In this document: in pieces, positions 1-10,282 of the stretch | Layout: each line of letters opens with the position of its first letter | How positions within the stretch are numbered: position 1 is the stretch's first letter | Origin: Bdellovibrionales bacterium | GTDB lineage: Bacteria > Bdellovibrionota > Bdellovibrionia > Bdellovibrionales > JAUICD01 | NCBI GenBank assembly: GCA_965262715.1 | Contig: OZ253553.1 | Coordinates: 2,848,001 to 2,912,000 of the forward strand | Direction of reading: 5' to 3' | Length of the DNA stretch: 64,000 bases | The notes under the pieces: model-generated | What the model was told of the DNA's origin: nothing | The model's database searches: none | Seen by the model: the letters and a program-made list of their open reading frames with translations, nothing else | Program-made: the position numbers and the translations under genes

Positions 1-915
1 GCGGCCATTACTACATTGCTGACCACCGGTACATCCAGGACAACATTGTCCAGTTGGGCAGACACAAGACCCATTACTACATTGTTTGCCACTGGTACAT
101 GTCACTCCAGCACAAGGGTTAGGTGTAACACACTGGCCATTACTACATTGCTTGCCACCGGTACATCCAGGACAACATTGCCCAGTTGGGCAGACACAAG
201 ACCCATTACTACATTGTTTGCCACCGGTACATGTCACTCCAGCACAAGGGTCAGGCGTAACACATTGGCCACTCTTACATTGTTTGCCACCGGTACATCC
301 AGGACAACATTGTCCAGTTGGGCAGACACAAGACCCATTACCACATTGTTTGCCATTGGTACATGTCACCCCAGCACAAGGGTCAGGCGTAACACACTGG
401 CCATTACTACATTGTTTGCCACCGGTACATGTCACTCCAGTACAAGGGTCAGGCGTAACACATTGGCCACTCTTACATTGCTTGCCACTGGTACATCCAG
501 GACAACATTGTCCAGCTGGGCAGACACAAGACCCATTACTACATTGTTTGCCATTGGTACATGTCACTCCAGCACAAGGGTCAGGCGTAACACATTGGCC
601 ACTCTTACATTGCTTGCCACTGGTACATCCAGGACAACATTGTCCAGCTGGGCAGACACAAGACCCATTACTACATTGTTTGCCATTGGTACATGTCACC
701 CCAGCACAAGGGTCAGGCGTAACACATTGGCCACTCTTACATTGCTTGCCACTGGTACATCCAGGACAACATTGTCCAGTTGGGCAGACACAAGACCCAT
801 TACTACATTGTTTGCCATTGGTACATGTCACTCCAGCACAAGGGTCAGGCGTAACACACTGGCCATTACTACATTGTTTGCCATCGGTGCATTCAGGACA
901 ACATTGCCCATTTGG
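1..915 (-). repeat. Coding tandem repeat: alternating 66-bp subunits (132-bp / 44-aa period), Cys-rich
   Basis: Recurring acattgtttgcca(c/t)tggtacat motif; 22-aa periodicity is visible in the shadow ORFs 16..927 and 86..979. Confidence 0.9.
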
Positions 916-2193
916 ACAAGAAGGTGATGAAGTTGTAGTTGTCACAGATGGATCAATTTCAAAATCCATTCTTTTTTGAGATTGAATATCACGCTGGCTT
1001 GACTGTGTGATAGGGCATACATGTGATCCAAGTCTCTTATCAGTAGGTCCAAAGTAACAATAATCACCATCTTCTTCACAATAATAATAATAACTTTGTG
1101 AAGCAGACTGACCTTGGCTGTTAGATGCAAAAAGAGTGACTGTTCCTTCTATACAATCTGTATCTGAACTTGCAGGAATTCGTATCAACTCCCCATCACA
1201 ACTAAAATTAACTTTACTACCACTATTAGCTTGATACTGGCAGGTATCTGCATTAAGCACTTCTATTTGTACAAAACGAGTTATCTCTGATCTTTCATAT
1301 CTGTAAATGTCATTGTTCTCTAGTATTATAAGTATATTATTTGTACCGTCCGTAAAATCTAATGGATTGAAATAAGGTGTTACATTTGAAGTGACAGTTA
1401 CTTCTTTTTTTCTATAGGTCAGACATCCAGCTTTTGTAGTATCAGAGCTTACAGCAGAAACTTCAATCAGCAAAGTTCCAGGGCTTTCAGATGAAAGATC
1501 TACTTCTAATGTGTCTACATCTGTCTCGTTTGTTGTAGTTTCTCCTGAAGGAAGTGTAGCTTTCCATTGAATGGAAGAGAAGTTTGCGCTATCTTTCAAG
1601 GCAAATGTAATAGCGTCGGATGCTCCGGCTTTAAGAGAGGCTGCACTATCTGATGAGAGTTCTATTTCTAAAATATCATTAAGCGAGCAAGAACCTCCGA
1701 CCACAAATCTTTTACTAGCACTTGTTTTAAGCGTGGTTGACTGATAGGCGTTGGCAGACACATCATAAGCTCCTAATCCTGAAGAAAATTTTGTTTGATA
1801 TGTCTCTGCTGTTGTTGGAGCATCTGTTACGATAGAATCAAAGCCTCTTTGGATCGACCACTTGTAATTGTCAGAAACTGGATCAGCATTGAGGAATTGT
1901 AGTTTTATATCTGACTCAGAAGGAAGGAGGCGATCTTCTTTAGCCTCATCTGTCGTAGTATCTATTTCAATAATTTGTCCTTTTTCATAGGTGACTTCTG
2001 CAGGGCTTGAGTTTCCTAATGAAGTATCTACATCAGTTTTTTTACAGTTTTGAAAAGAAAGTAGAAAAATAGGGATAAAAGCGGTTAGAATATATAGAGT
2101 ATTTAAGTATGTAGGATTTGAATCTCTCAAAAAAGAAATGAGTTTTCTTTTTAGTTTGTTACAAGCTTTAGAATACTTTTGAAATTTACTCAA
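1..2193 (-). CDS. Cys-rich repeat lipoprotein, paralog of 3625..8868; runs off the left edge of the window (absent from ORF track)
   Basis: Manual translation from TTG at 2193: MSKFQKYSKACNKLKRKLISFLRDSNPTYLN...LSFQNC lipobox. Collinear with the N-terminal ~420 aa of the 1747-aa protein, then DPCAGVTCTNGKQCSNGSCVCPAGQCCPGC-type repeats. Both ends are in the same frame. Confidence 0.85.
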   Translation of the reverse strand, partial: MSKFQKYSKACNKLKRKLISFLRDSNPTYLNTLYILTAFIPIFLLSFQNCKKTDVDTSLGNSSPAEVTYEKGQIIEIDTTTDEAKEDRLLPSESDIKLQFLNADPVSDNYKWSIQRGFDSIVTDAPTTAETYQTKFSSGLGAYDVSANAYQSTTLKTSASKRFVVGGSCSLNDILEIELSSDSAASLKAGASDAITFALKDSANFSSIQWKATLPSGETTTNETDVDTLEVDLSSESPGTLLIEVSAVSSDTTKAGCLTYRKKEVTVTSNVTPYFNPLDFTDGTNNILIILENNDIYRYERSEITRFVQIEVLNADTCQYQANSGSKVNFSCDGELIRIPASSDTDCIEGTVTLFASNSQGQSASQSYYYYCEEDGDYCYFGPTDKRLGSHVCPITQSSQRDIQSQKRMDFEIDPSVTTTTSSPSCPNGQCCPECTDGKQCSNGQCVTPDPCAGVTCTNGKQCSNGSCVCPTGQCCPGCTSGKQCKSGQCVTPDPCAGVTCTNGKQCSNGSCVCPAGQCCPGCTSGKQCKSGQCVTPDPCAGVTCTNGKQCSNGSCVCPAGQCCPGCTSGKQCKSGQCVTPDPCTGVTCTGGKQCSNGQCVTPDPCAGVTCTNGKQCGNGSCVCPTGQCCPGCTGGKQCKSGQCVTPDPCAGVTCTGGKQCSNGSCVCPTGQCCPGCTGGKQCSNGQCVTPNPCAGVTCTSGKQCSNGSCVCPTGQCCPGCTGGQQCSNGR

Positions 2194-2434
2194 AATCTGA
2201 ATTCCTATATTTTTTGTTTATTTTAAGATGTAAGGCTATAATAAGTTTTCGGCTAAAGTCTTAAATAGCATTAGAGAGATTTTGTCTTATTTTCGCACAA
2301 ATCTAAGATTGCTAATTTTTTGGACAACAAAATTTATTTAAGAAGATAAGCGCAGATTTTTAGTGAGAAAAACTCGAATCAATCTGCTTTGGAGACTTTG
2401 ATAAGTTTGAGATGATATTTTTCTATAAAACTAG

Positions 2435-2667
2435 CTATTCCTAACTCCAAGGTTAAAAAAGGGGAGAAGGCAAAGGCGGTGATTGTTAGAATGATACACA
2501 AACAACGAAGACCGGATGGGAGTTATATAAGGTTTGATGAAAATGCTATGGTTTTAGTCAATGCCAATAAGGAGTCTATAGGTACACGCATTTTTGGCCC
2601 AGTTGTTCGAGAATTAAGAGTTAAGAAGTTTGTTAAGATCATTTCTTTAGTCCCAGAAGTTCTATAA
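2435..2667 (+). pseudogene. rplN: Orphan 3' fragment of 50S ribosomal protein L14
   Basis: [19 protein letters not shown]...[16 protein letters not shown]...[14 protein letters not shown]...[10 protein letters not shown] is the L14 C-terminal half. The N-terminus and flanking r-protein genes are absent. Confidence 0.85.
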
Positions 2668-2674
2668 AAAATAA

Positions 2675-3573
2675 GGTTCATGACACCATCAGGACCTTAT
2701 TAGGTGTGTTTTTTTTATTAATAGTAAATGGTTTTTTACTTGTTTTTTTATATTTCAATATATCTAATTTAAATTATTTTCTACAAGTAAAAAAACATTT
2801 CATTAATCATCAGTCAATACTTTTCTAATTTTTTTATAATGGATTATTTCTAATAATTTTTAATAATAATTCATATAAATTATCTTTTCTATAATTGAAT
2901 CTAAATTCACATTCCTTAAGGTGTAAGCAGAATGTTTTTTTATTCATACCTCTAAACTTAAAAAGTCTTACTTTAGCCAGACCCCAAAAATTTTCTATTC
3001 CATTAATGTGATTGTTAATATTTTTTTCTTTTTTAGCGAATTCATTCTTTCCATGATGTACACGGTAATGTCTCTTATACCCTATATTTACAAGGCTATC
3101 ATAGGATTTAAAACCATCTGTAAAAACAGTAGCACTCTTAGGTGTTTTTTGGCTTATGAGAAGCACGAGAATGCTTTGTGAGCAATTTTTAATCACTTGA
3201 GTATATACTTTGCCTTTTCTTTTTTTCAAACCAAAGACGATCGTTTTCCCACTTGATCCTCTACCACGAAGACCATGAACCCGTTTAGCTCCAAAATAAC
3301 TTTCATCTATTTCAATTTCTCCTTTTGAAAAAATACTTTCCTTTTCACAAAATTCAGCTATTCTTATGCGAAGCTTTTTTAAAATTCTGTTAATAGCATT
3401 TCTGCTTATACCGGAAAAATAACTTATTTGTTGAGCTGTTAAATCTCCTGAAAAATAACGGATAATTTCTCTAAATTTCTTCTCAGAAATGAGGGAACAG
3501 ATAATATACTTGTTTTTCATAGTCATAACAGTAAGTTAAACACTCTAAAAGTCAACTGATGGTGTCATGAACC
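2675..3573 (-). mobile_element. IS1595-family insertion sequence, complete
   Basis: 18-bp perfect TIRs ggttcatgacaccatcag (2675-2692) / ctgatggtgtcatgaacc (3556-3573); 8-bp TSD aaaaataa on both sides. Confidence 0.92.
2834..3526 (-). CDS. IS1595-family (ISXO2-like) DDE transposase
   Basis: EIEIDESYFG, VFTDGFKSY, HINGIENFW and HLKECEFRFN motifs. Confidence 0.92.
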   Translation of the reverse strand: MTMKNKYIICSLISEKKFREIIRYFSGDLTAQQISYFSGISRNAINRILKKLRIRIAEFCEKESIFSKGEIEIDESYFGAKRVHGLRGRGSSGKTIVFGLKKRKGKVYTQVIKNCSQSILVLLISQKTPKSATVFTDGFKSYDSLVNIGYKRHYRVHHGKNEFAKKEKNINNHINGIENFWGLAKVRLFKFRGMNKKTFCLHLKECEFRFNYRKDNLYELLLKIIRNNPL

Positions 3574-3624
3574 AAAAATAATTTTAAATTATTTAGTTTG
3601 GATTTGAAAGTAAAGTGATTGTTA

Positions 3625-6600
3625 TTATGGTGTGCAGACATGTGTTTTACAACTACAGCCATCGGGTTGATTAGGTGGTCTAGGATGACACCATTGTATT
3701 GTACAAGACCCTCTTCCTAAATACTCAGCTGGTGAAGATGCCTTACAATTTGAGGGTAATGTTTGTATAATTCTACATTCTGGCTCAATTCGGGTTGCTC
3801 CTATGTTACAATAGGCTTCTTTTGTGGTGCATGAAGCTGTTTGATATCCTTGTCCTTCACAACTCCAAGTGTATTGACGTGTTTTATATCTGAAACCAGC
3901 AGGTAAGCTGCTGTAAGATATACCGCCCCAATGTGTAGGAAAGGTTTTGTTTGTAGCAGTGCAGCCATTGCCGCACTGATGGACAAGGTTCTTTGGGCCG
4001 CATGTACATTCTGGTTTAGCTCTTCTTTTCCAGCAACTGCCGCTTTGGTAGCATTCTTGAGTGGATGGTAATCCAGATTGACATAGACGTGATGAAGTAT
4101 ATTCACCAGAGCCAGTACATGATGGCTTGTTCGTAAAGCACCTGATACTTGATTGACAGACTTGAGGTTGTCCTGCTGAAGGTCCATTTGCTGAAGGTGA
4201 AGCTGCGCAAGTCCAATTGTATGTTGTAGTGTCTACAGGATGAGGATGGAAGTAACCTTTTTTGCAGCATGTTGTGTTGAGCGCATTAGGCGAGGTACCA
4301 CCACCACAAGTAGAGTTACCACCTGCACAGTCACATGCAGGTAATGGTATTAGTTTTCGACAAGTTGTAGCAGTATTGCCTTTAGGAGTACCAGCTCCTG
4401 GGCAATGCCATCGGTCATATCCGCCACTAGCGGTTTTATTTATAGCAGCAGCTGGAGAGGAGCAACCATATTTTGTATTGTTATTGCATTGACCATGTAC
4501 TGTTGTAGGTATTAGTTTTCGACAAGTTGTAGCAGTATTACCTTTAGGTGTACCAGAACCTGGGCAATGCCAGCGGTCATATCCACCACTAGCAGTTTTA
4601 TTTGTAGCTGCTGCAGAAGAAGTACAGCCATATTTTACATTGTTATTGCACTGACCATTTACTGTTGCGGTTACACATGAATTACCGCTTTTTGAGTAAC
4701 CTGTGTTACAAGACCAACTGTTATAACATCCATTACTATCTCTATTACAAGTAGAGTTTGCAGGCTTAGTCCTATTGCATGAACTAGAAGTAGAACAGTT
4801 AGGTATTGTTTTTTGACAACTTCTTGCTGTAGTTCCAGCAGGTGTACCAGAACCTGGGCAATGCCATCGGTCATATCCGCCACTAGCGGTTTTATTTATA
4901 GCAGCAGCTGGAGAGGAGCAACCATATTTTGTATTGTTATTGCATTGACCATGTACTGTTGTAGGTATTAGTTTTCGACAAGTTGTAGCAGTATTACCTT
5001 TAGGTGTACCAGAACCTGGGCAATGCCAGCGGTCATATCCACCACTAGCAGTTTTATTTGTAGCTGCTGCAGAAGAAGTACAGCCATATTTTACATTGTT
5101 ATTGCACTGACCATTTACTGTTGCGGTTACACATGAATTACCGCTTTTTGAGTAACCTGTGTTACAAGACCAACTGTTATAACATCCATTACTATCTCTA
5201 TTACAAGTAGAGTTTGCAGGCTTAGTCCTATTGCATGAACTAGAAGTAGAACAGTTAGGTATTGTTTTTTGACAACTTCTTGCTGTAGTTCCAGCAGGTG
5301 TACCAGAACCTGGGCAATGCCAGCGGTCATATCCACCACTAGCAGTTTTATTTGTAGCTGCTGCAGAAGAAGTACAGCCATATTTTACATTGTTATTGCA
5401 CTGACCATTTACTGTTGCGGTTACACATGAATTACCGCTTTTTGAGTAACCTGTGTTACAAGACCAACTGTTGTAACATCCATTACTATCTCTATTACAA
5501 GTAGAGTTTGCAGGCTTAGTCCTATTGCATGAACTAGAAGTAGAACAGTTAGGTATTGTTTTTTGACAACTTCTTGCTGTAGTTCCAGCAGGTGTACCAG
5601 AACCTGGGCAATGCCAGCGGTCATATCCACCACTAGCAGTTTTATTTGTAGCTGCTGCAGAAGAAGTACAGCCATATTTTACATTGTTATTGCACTGACC
5701 ATTTACTGTTGCGGTTACACATGAATTACCGCTTTTTGAGTAACCTGTGTTACAAGACCAACTGTTGTAACATCCATTACTATCTCTATTACAAGTAGAG
5801 TTTGCAGGCTTAGTCCTATTGCATGAACTAGAAGTAGAACAGTTAGGTATTGTTTTTTGACAACTTCTTGCTGTAGTTCCAGCAGGTGTACCAGAACCTG
5901 GGCAATACCAGCGGTCATATCCACCACTAGCAGTTTTATTTGTAGCTGCTGCAGAAGAAGTACAGCCATATTTTACATTGTTATTGCACTGACCATTTAC
6001 TGTTGCGGTTACACATGAATTACCGCTTTTTGAGTAACCTGTGTTACAAGACCAACTGTTGTAACATCCATTACTATCTCTATTACAAGTAGAGTTTGCA
6101 GGCTTAGTCCTATTGCATGAACTGGAAGTTGTACAGGTTACGCAGCTATTACCGCTTTTTGAATAACCTGTGTTACAAGACCAGCTATTGTAACATCCAT
6201 TACTATCTCTATTACAAGTAGAGTTTGCAGGTTTGGTGCTATCACATGAACTGGAAGTTGTACAAGTTACGCAGCTATTACCACTTTTTCGGTAACCTGT
6301 GTTACAAGACCAGCTATTGTAACATCCATTACTATCTCTATTACAAGTAGAGTTTGCAGGTTTACTGCTATCACATGAATTAGAAGTTGTACAGGTTACA
6401 CAGCTATTAACACTTTTGCGATAATCAGTATCACATGTCCAAGCATAACATCCATTGCCTTGTGAGCTACACGTAGAATTACTAGGGTTTGCATTGTTAC
6501 ATGCACTTGATAAAGTATACTGCCCACTTGGACACGAGCCTGTTCTTTGATAACATCCATTAGTTTGCTGTTGACAGGTTTGATATGCTGGTTTGCCACT

Positions 6601-8868
6601 GTTGCATGCACTTGATGAAGTGTACTGCCCACTTGGACACGAGCCTGTTCTTTGATAACATCCATTAGTTTGCTGTTGGCAGGTTTGATATGCTGGTTTG
6701 CCACTGTTGCATGTACTTGATGAAGTGTACTGCCCACTTGGACATGAACTACTACAAGTGTCTGATGATGTGTAACCACTTTTAGTACAAGTCCATCGAT
6801 GAAGAGTTGGAGTATCACTTGGTCTTTGGCTGGCACTGCAAGTGTTGCCACATCCATTAACTACAGAATTGTCACAAGTACAGCTTGATGGAGGAGGGAG
6901 AGCACATAAATTGCCACTTTTTGAGTACCCTGTGTTACAAGACCAGCTATAACACCCATTACTGTCTGCTCGACATGTTGAGTTTGTAGGCTTACTGTTA
7001 TTACATGAAGTAGAAGTAAGACAATTTGGTATTCTTGCTTGACAATTTGTAGCAGTATTTCCAACAGGGTTACCTGAGCCTGGACAATGCCAACGATCAT
7101 ACCCACCACTAGCAGTTTTATTAGTAGTTGCTGCTGATGATGAACAACTATACTTTACATTATTATTACACTGACCATGTTCTGTTGTGGATTTTGCTTT
7201 TTGACAATTTGTAGCAGTATTGCCCCCGTTTGAACCTACACAATGCCATCTGTAAAGAGTGTTTGTATCTGCTATGGCACTAGGGTTTGCAGTTCCAGTG
7301 GAGCAACCATTTCTAACAGAATTATTACAGACACCATTAACTGATTTTGCTTTTTGACAATTTGTAACAGTATTGCCCCCGTTTGAACCTACGCAATGCC
7401 ATTTGTAAAGAGTGCTTGTATCTGCGATAGCATTGTCATTTGCGGTTCCTTTAGAACATCCATTTCTAACAGAATTATTACAGACACCATTAACTGGAGG
7501 AGAATTTGTAATTGGAGGAGGTGGTGCAGTTGTAACTGGCGGAGGAGGTGGTGCAGTTGTGACTGGCGGAGGAGGTGGTGCAGTTGTAGCAGGAGGAGTT
7601 ATAGTTGATGAAGTTGTAGTTGTCACAGATGGATCAACTTCAAAATCACTTCTTTTTTGAGATTGAATGTCACGCTGGCTTGATTGTGTGATAGGACATA
7701 CATGTGATCCAAGTCTCTCATCAGTAGGTCCAAAGTAACAATAATCACCATCTTCTTCACAATAATAATAATAACTTTGTGAAGAAGACTGACCTTGAGT
7801 GTTAGATGCAAAGAGAGTGATTGTTCCTTCTATGCAATCTGTGCCTGAGCTAGCAGGGATTTCTATCAATTCTCCATCACAGCTAAAATCAATTTTACTG
7901 CTATTATTAGCCTGATACTGGCAGCTATCTGCATTAAGCACTTCTATTTGTACAAAACGAGTTGTCTCTGATCTTTCATATTTATAAATGTGATTGTTTT
8001 CTAGTATTACAGGTATGTTATTTGTACCGTCTGTAAAATCTAATGGATTAAAATAAGGTGTTACATTTGAAGTGACAGTTACTTCTTTTTTTCTATAGGT
8101 CAGACATCCAGCCTTTGCAGAATCAGAGCTTGTAGCAGAAACTTCAATCAGCAGAGTTCCAGGGTTTTCAGATGAGAGATCCACTTCTAATGTATCTACA
8201 TCTGTCTCGTTTGTTGTAGTTTCTCCTGAAGGAAGTGTAGCTTTCCATTGAATGGAAGAGAAGCTTGCGCTATCTTTCAAGGCAAATGTAATAGCGTCGG
8301 ATGCACCGGTTTTAAGAGAGGCTGCGCTATCTGATGAGAGTTCTATTTCTAAAATATCATTAAGTGAGCAAGACTCTCCAACCACAAGTCTTTTACTAGC
8401 TCTCGTTTTAAAGGCACTTGATTGATAAGCATTAGCAGAGACATCATGTGTCCCCAGCTGAGAAAACTTTGTTTGATATGTATCTACTGTTGTTGGGCTA
8501 TTTGTTACAATAGATTCAAAGCCTCTTTGGATCGACCATTTGTAATTGTCAGAAACTGGATCAGCACCAATGAGTTGAAACTTTATATCTGAGTTACTAG
8601 GAAGAAGACGATCTTCTTTAACAGCTCCATCTGTAGTATCTATTTCAATAATCTGGCCTCTTTCATAAGTGACTTCTGCAAGCCTTGAGCCTCCTAATGA
8701 GGTATCTATATCAGTTGTTCTACAATTTTGAAAAGAAAGTAGAAAGATAGGAATAAAGAGAATTAAGAGATATGAAAGATTCAGGTATGTAGGATTTGAA
8801 TCTCTAAAAAAAGAAATGAATTTTCTTTTTAGTTTATTATGAATCTTAGAATATTGAAATTTATTCAA
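3625..8868 (-). CDS. Giant Cys-rich modular lipoprotein (1747 aa), putative surface/adhesin protein
   Basis: LSFQNC lipobox, Thr/Pro linker (TTAPPPP x3), then VNGxCNN..WHC.G modules, SSCNxxKPANSTC..WSCNTGY modules and near-identical 98-aa (294-bp) repeats. Confidence 0.85.
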   Translation of the reverse strand: MNKFQYSKIHNKLKRKFISFFRDSNPTYLNLSYLLILFIPIFLLSFQNCRTTDIDTSLGGSRLAEVTYERGQIIEIDTTDGAVKEDRLLPSNSDIKFQLIGADPVSDNYKWSIQRGFESIVTNSPTTVDTYQTKFSQLGTHDVSANAYQSSAFKTRASKRLVVGESCSLNDILEIELSSDSAASLKTGASDAITFALKDSASFSSIQWKATLPSGETTTNETDVDTLEVDLSSENPGTLLIEVSATSSDSAKAGCLTYRKKEVTVTSNVTPYFNPLDFTDGTNNIPVILENNHIYKYERSETTRFVQIEVLNADSCQYQANNSSKIDFSCDGELIEIPASSGTDCIEGTITLFASNTQGQSSSQSYYYYCEEDGDYCYFGPTDERLGSHVCPITQSSQRDIQSQKRSDFEVDPSVTTTTSSTITPPATTAPPPPPVTTAPPPPPVTTAPPPPITNSPPVNGVCNNSVRNGCSKGTANDNAIADTSTLYKWHCVGSNGGNTVTNCQKAKSVNGVCNNSVRNGCSTGTANPSAIADTNTLYRWHCVGSNGGNTATNCQKAKSTTEHGQCNNNVKYSCSSSAATTNKTASGGYDRWHCPGSGNPVGNTATNCQARIPNCLTSTSCNNSKPTNSTCRADSNGCYSWSCNTGYSKSGNLCALPPPSSCTCDNSVVNGCGNTCSASQRPSDTPTLHRWTCTKSGYTSSDTCSSSCPSGQYTSSSTCNSGKPAYQTCQQQTNGCYQRTGSCPSGQYTSSSACNSGKPAYQTCQQQTNGCYQRTGSCPSGQYTLSSACNNANPSNSTCSSQGNGCYAWTCDTDYRKSVNSCVTCTTSNSCDSSKPANSTCNRDSNGCYNSWSCNTGYRKSGNSCVTCTTSSSCDSTKPANSTCNRDSNGCYNSWSCNTGYSKSGNSCVTCTTSSSCNRTKPANSTCNRDSNGCYNSWSCNTGYSKSGNSCVTATVNGQCNNNVKYGCTSSAAATNKTASGGYDRWYCPGSGTPAGTTARSCQKTIPNCSTSSSCNRTKPANSTCNRDSNGCYNSWSCNTGYSKSGNSCVTATVNGQCNNNVKYGCTSSAAATNKTASGGYDRWHCPGSGTPAGTTARSCQKTIPNCSTSSSCNRTKPANSTCNRDSNGCYNSWSCNTGYSKSGNSCVTATVNGQCNNNVKYGCTSSAAATNKTASGGYDRWHCPGSGTPAGTTARSCQKTIPNCSTSSSCNRTKPANSTCNRDSNGCYNSWSCNTGYSKSGNSCVTATVNGQCNNNVKYGCTSSAAATNKTASGGYDRWHCPGSGTPKGNTATTCRKLIPTTVHGQCNNNTKYGCSSPAAAINKTASGGYDRWHCPGSGTPAGTTARSCQKTIPNCSTSSSCNRTKPANSTCNRDSNGCYNSWSCNTGYSKSGNSCVTATVNGQCNNNVKYGCTSSAAATNKTASGGYDRWHCPGSGTPKGNTATTCRKLIPTTVHGQCNNNTKYGCSSPAAAINKTASGGYDRWHCPGAGTPKGNTATTCRKLIPLPACDCAGGNSTCGGGTSPNALNTTCCKKGYFHPHPVDTTTYNWTCAASPSANGPSAGQPQVCQSSIRCFTNKPSCTGSGEYTSSRLCQSGLPSTQECYQSGSCWKRRAKPECTCGPKNLVHQCGNGCTATNKTFPTHWGGISYSSLPAGFRYKTRQYTWSCEGQGYQTASCTTKEAYCNIGATRIEPECRIIQTLPSNCKASSPAEYLGRGSCTIQWCHPRPPNQPDGCSCKTHVCTP

Positions 8869-9178
8869 AACCTGAATCCCTAATAACTTTTTGTGTTTCT
8901 TTTTAATATATAAGGCCTATAATAAGTCTTCGGCTAAAATCTTAAATAGCATTAGAGAGATTTTGTCTTATTTTCGCACAAATCTAAGATTGCTGATTTT
9001 TTGAATAAGAAAGCTCACTTAAGAAGATTAAGTGCAGAGAGTTTTTAGTGAAATGTAACGACAAAATCTGTCAGTATTTTTACAGAAAATGTCTCTTTTT
9101 AAAAATTATATATTGTGAAAATAAATCTAAAATGGAGATAAAACGGGTTTTGGTAAATATCTTAGGCAATATTCAAGT

Positions 9179-9194
9179 TGGCAAAGAACTTGCT
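9179..9194 (+). promoter_or_regulatory. Putative sigma54 -24/-12 promoter
   Basis: tGGcaaagaacttGCt, GG-N10-GC spacing, ~55 bp upstream of a small ORF. Confidence 0.5.
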
Positions 9195-9247
9195 AGTAAA
9201 TAAGGCATATATCCGAAAGTAGAACGTAGTTTCAAGGAGTGTGTATT

Positions 9248-9508
9248 ATGAATAAAAATATGTATGTTACTGAAAAAGTTTTCCGATTTCTTTCCCTTTC
9301 TATAGTGGGCATAGCTTTTAATATCGCTATATCTTATGCATCAAACATGTCAAAAGAGATGATGTCTACTAAATTAGATCAGACAGTTGAATCAGTTCAA
9401 ACTTTATCTATGAATGATGTCTACTAAATTAGATCAGACAGTTGAATCAGTTCAAACTTTATCTATGAAAACAAATAGTGATTTACCACTTGTAGAACTT
9501 AAATTTTA
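9248..9508 (+). pseudogene. Small secreted protein frameshifted by a 55-bp tandem duplication
   Basis: Signal-like N-terminus (...AISYA). 9359-9413 is duplicated at 9414-9468; without it the frame would continue MKTNSDLPLVELKF to TAG at 9508. Confidence 0.5.
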
Positions 9509-10018
9509 GTTTTCCATTAAGTTATCTTCTGTTGTGTCGCTTGGGCTTTCTTCAAAAAACTCTGGAAACCAAGACGAGATTAAGGAAGAACTTTCTGGAA
9601 GCAAAATAGTTCTTGAAAGTTCCCAAATTATGTTTCCATTGTCAGACATAAGATTATATTGAATATAAACCCCTTCTTGTTCTTCTTCTTCATTTTCCAA
9701 TCCTTCTTCTTGCCAAACATCTAATAGAATTTCTAATTTCAAATTGCCTTTTGTATTTGTATTGAAAGGAGGTCTATGTCCATCTATAAGATCTCTTGCT
9801 TCCTGATTAAGAGGCTCTACAGAAATAGCTTTTACATTTTTCAATTCATCAGGTAAGCTTTTATTTTTTTGTAACAACTGAACATCATCTGCCCAAAGTT
9901 TAAAGAATAGATCGGATTTATCAGGAACTATAAAAAGATCCCATATCACAAGGCCAAAAACTACAATTAAAATTAAGCCAATCACTTGTTTTGTTTTTGT
10001 TACTTTTTTCATATCCAC
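9506..10018 (-). CDS. Hypothetical protein with N-terminal TM anchor
   Basis: 170-aa ORF, hydrophobic N-terminal segment. Confidence 0.7.
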   Translation of the reverse strand: MDMKKVTKTKQVIGLILIVVFGLVIWDLFIVPDKSDLFFKLWADDVQLLQKNKSLPDELKNVKAISVEPLNQEARDLIDGHRPPFNTNTKGNLKLEILLDVWQEEGLENEEEEQEGVYIQYNLMSDNGNIIWELSRTILLPESSSLISSWFPEFFEESPSDTTEDNLMEN

Positions 10019-10075
10019 CTCTATTCATTATTTAAGTAGTTTTATGACGTTAAGGATAAACGTTGTTATTTCTTT

Positions 10076-10256
10076 TAAAATGTCTTTTTTTGTCTAAGGG
10101 TTTGTGGCAGAAGTTCTTGCTAGCTAGCAGGCACCCCCGAGCATTGCACCTTTAGTAACTTTATGAACTTATTATAGAATCAATCATTTTCTCAGAATCC
10201 TTATCTCATAATGCTCTGGCCTGAAGGCTAGCTCAAATTTCTGCCACAAACCTCTA
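10076..10256. mobile_element. MITE-like element
   Basis: Inverted ends ggtttgtggcagaa ... ttctgccacaaacc about 175 bp apart, TA at both outer edges, non-coding. Confidence 0.5.
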
Positions 10257-10282
10257 TGAAGGTTTTCCTTACTAATACACTA

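Noticed and set aside
16..979. Plus-strand ORFs 16..927 and 86..979
   Set aside because: Shadow frames of the minus-strand Cys-rich repeat gene.
3801..7811. Many short ORFs inside 3625..8868
   Set aside because: Alternative-frame products of the repeats.
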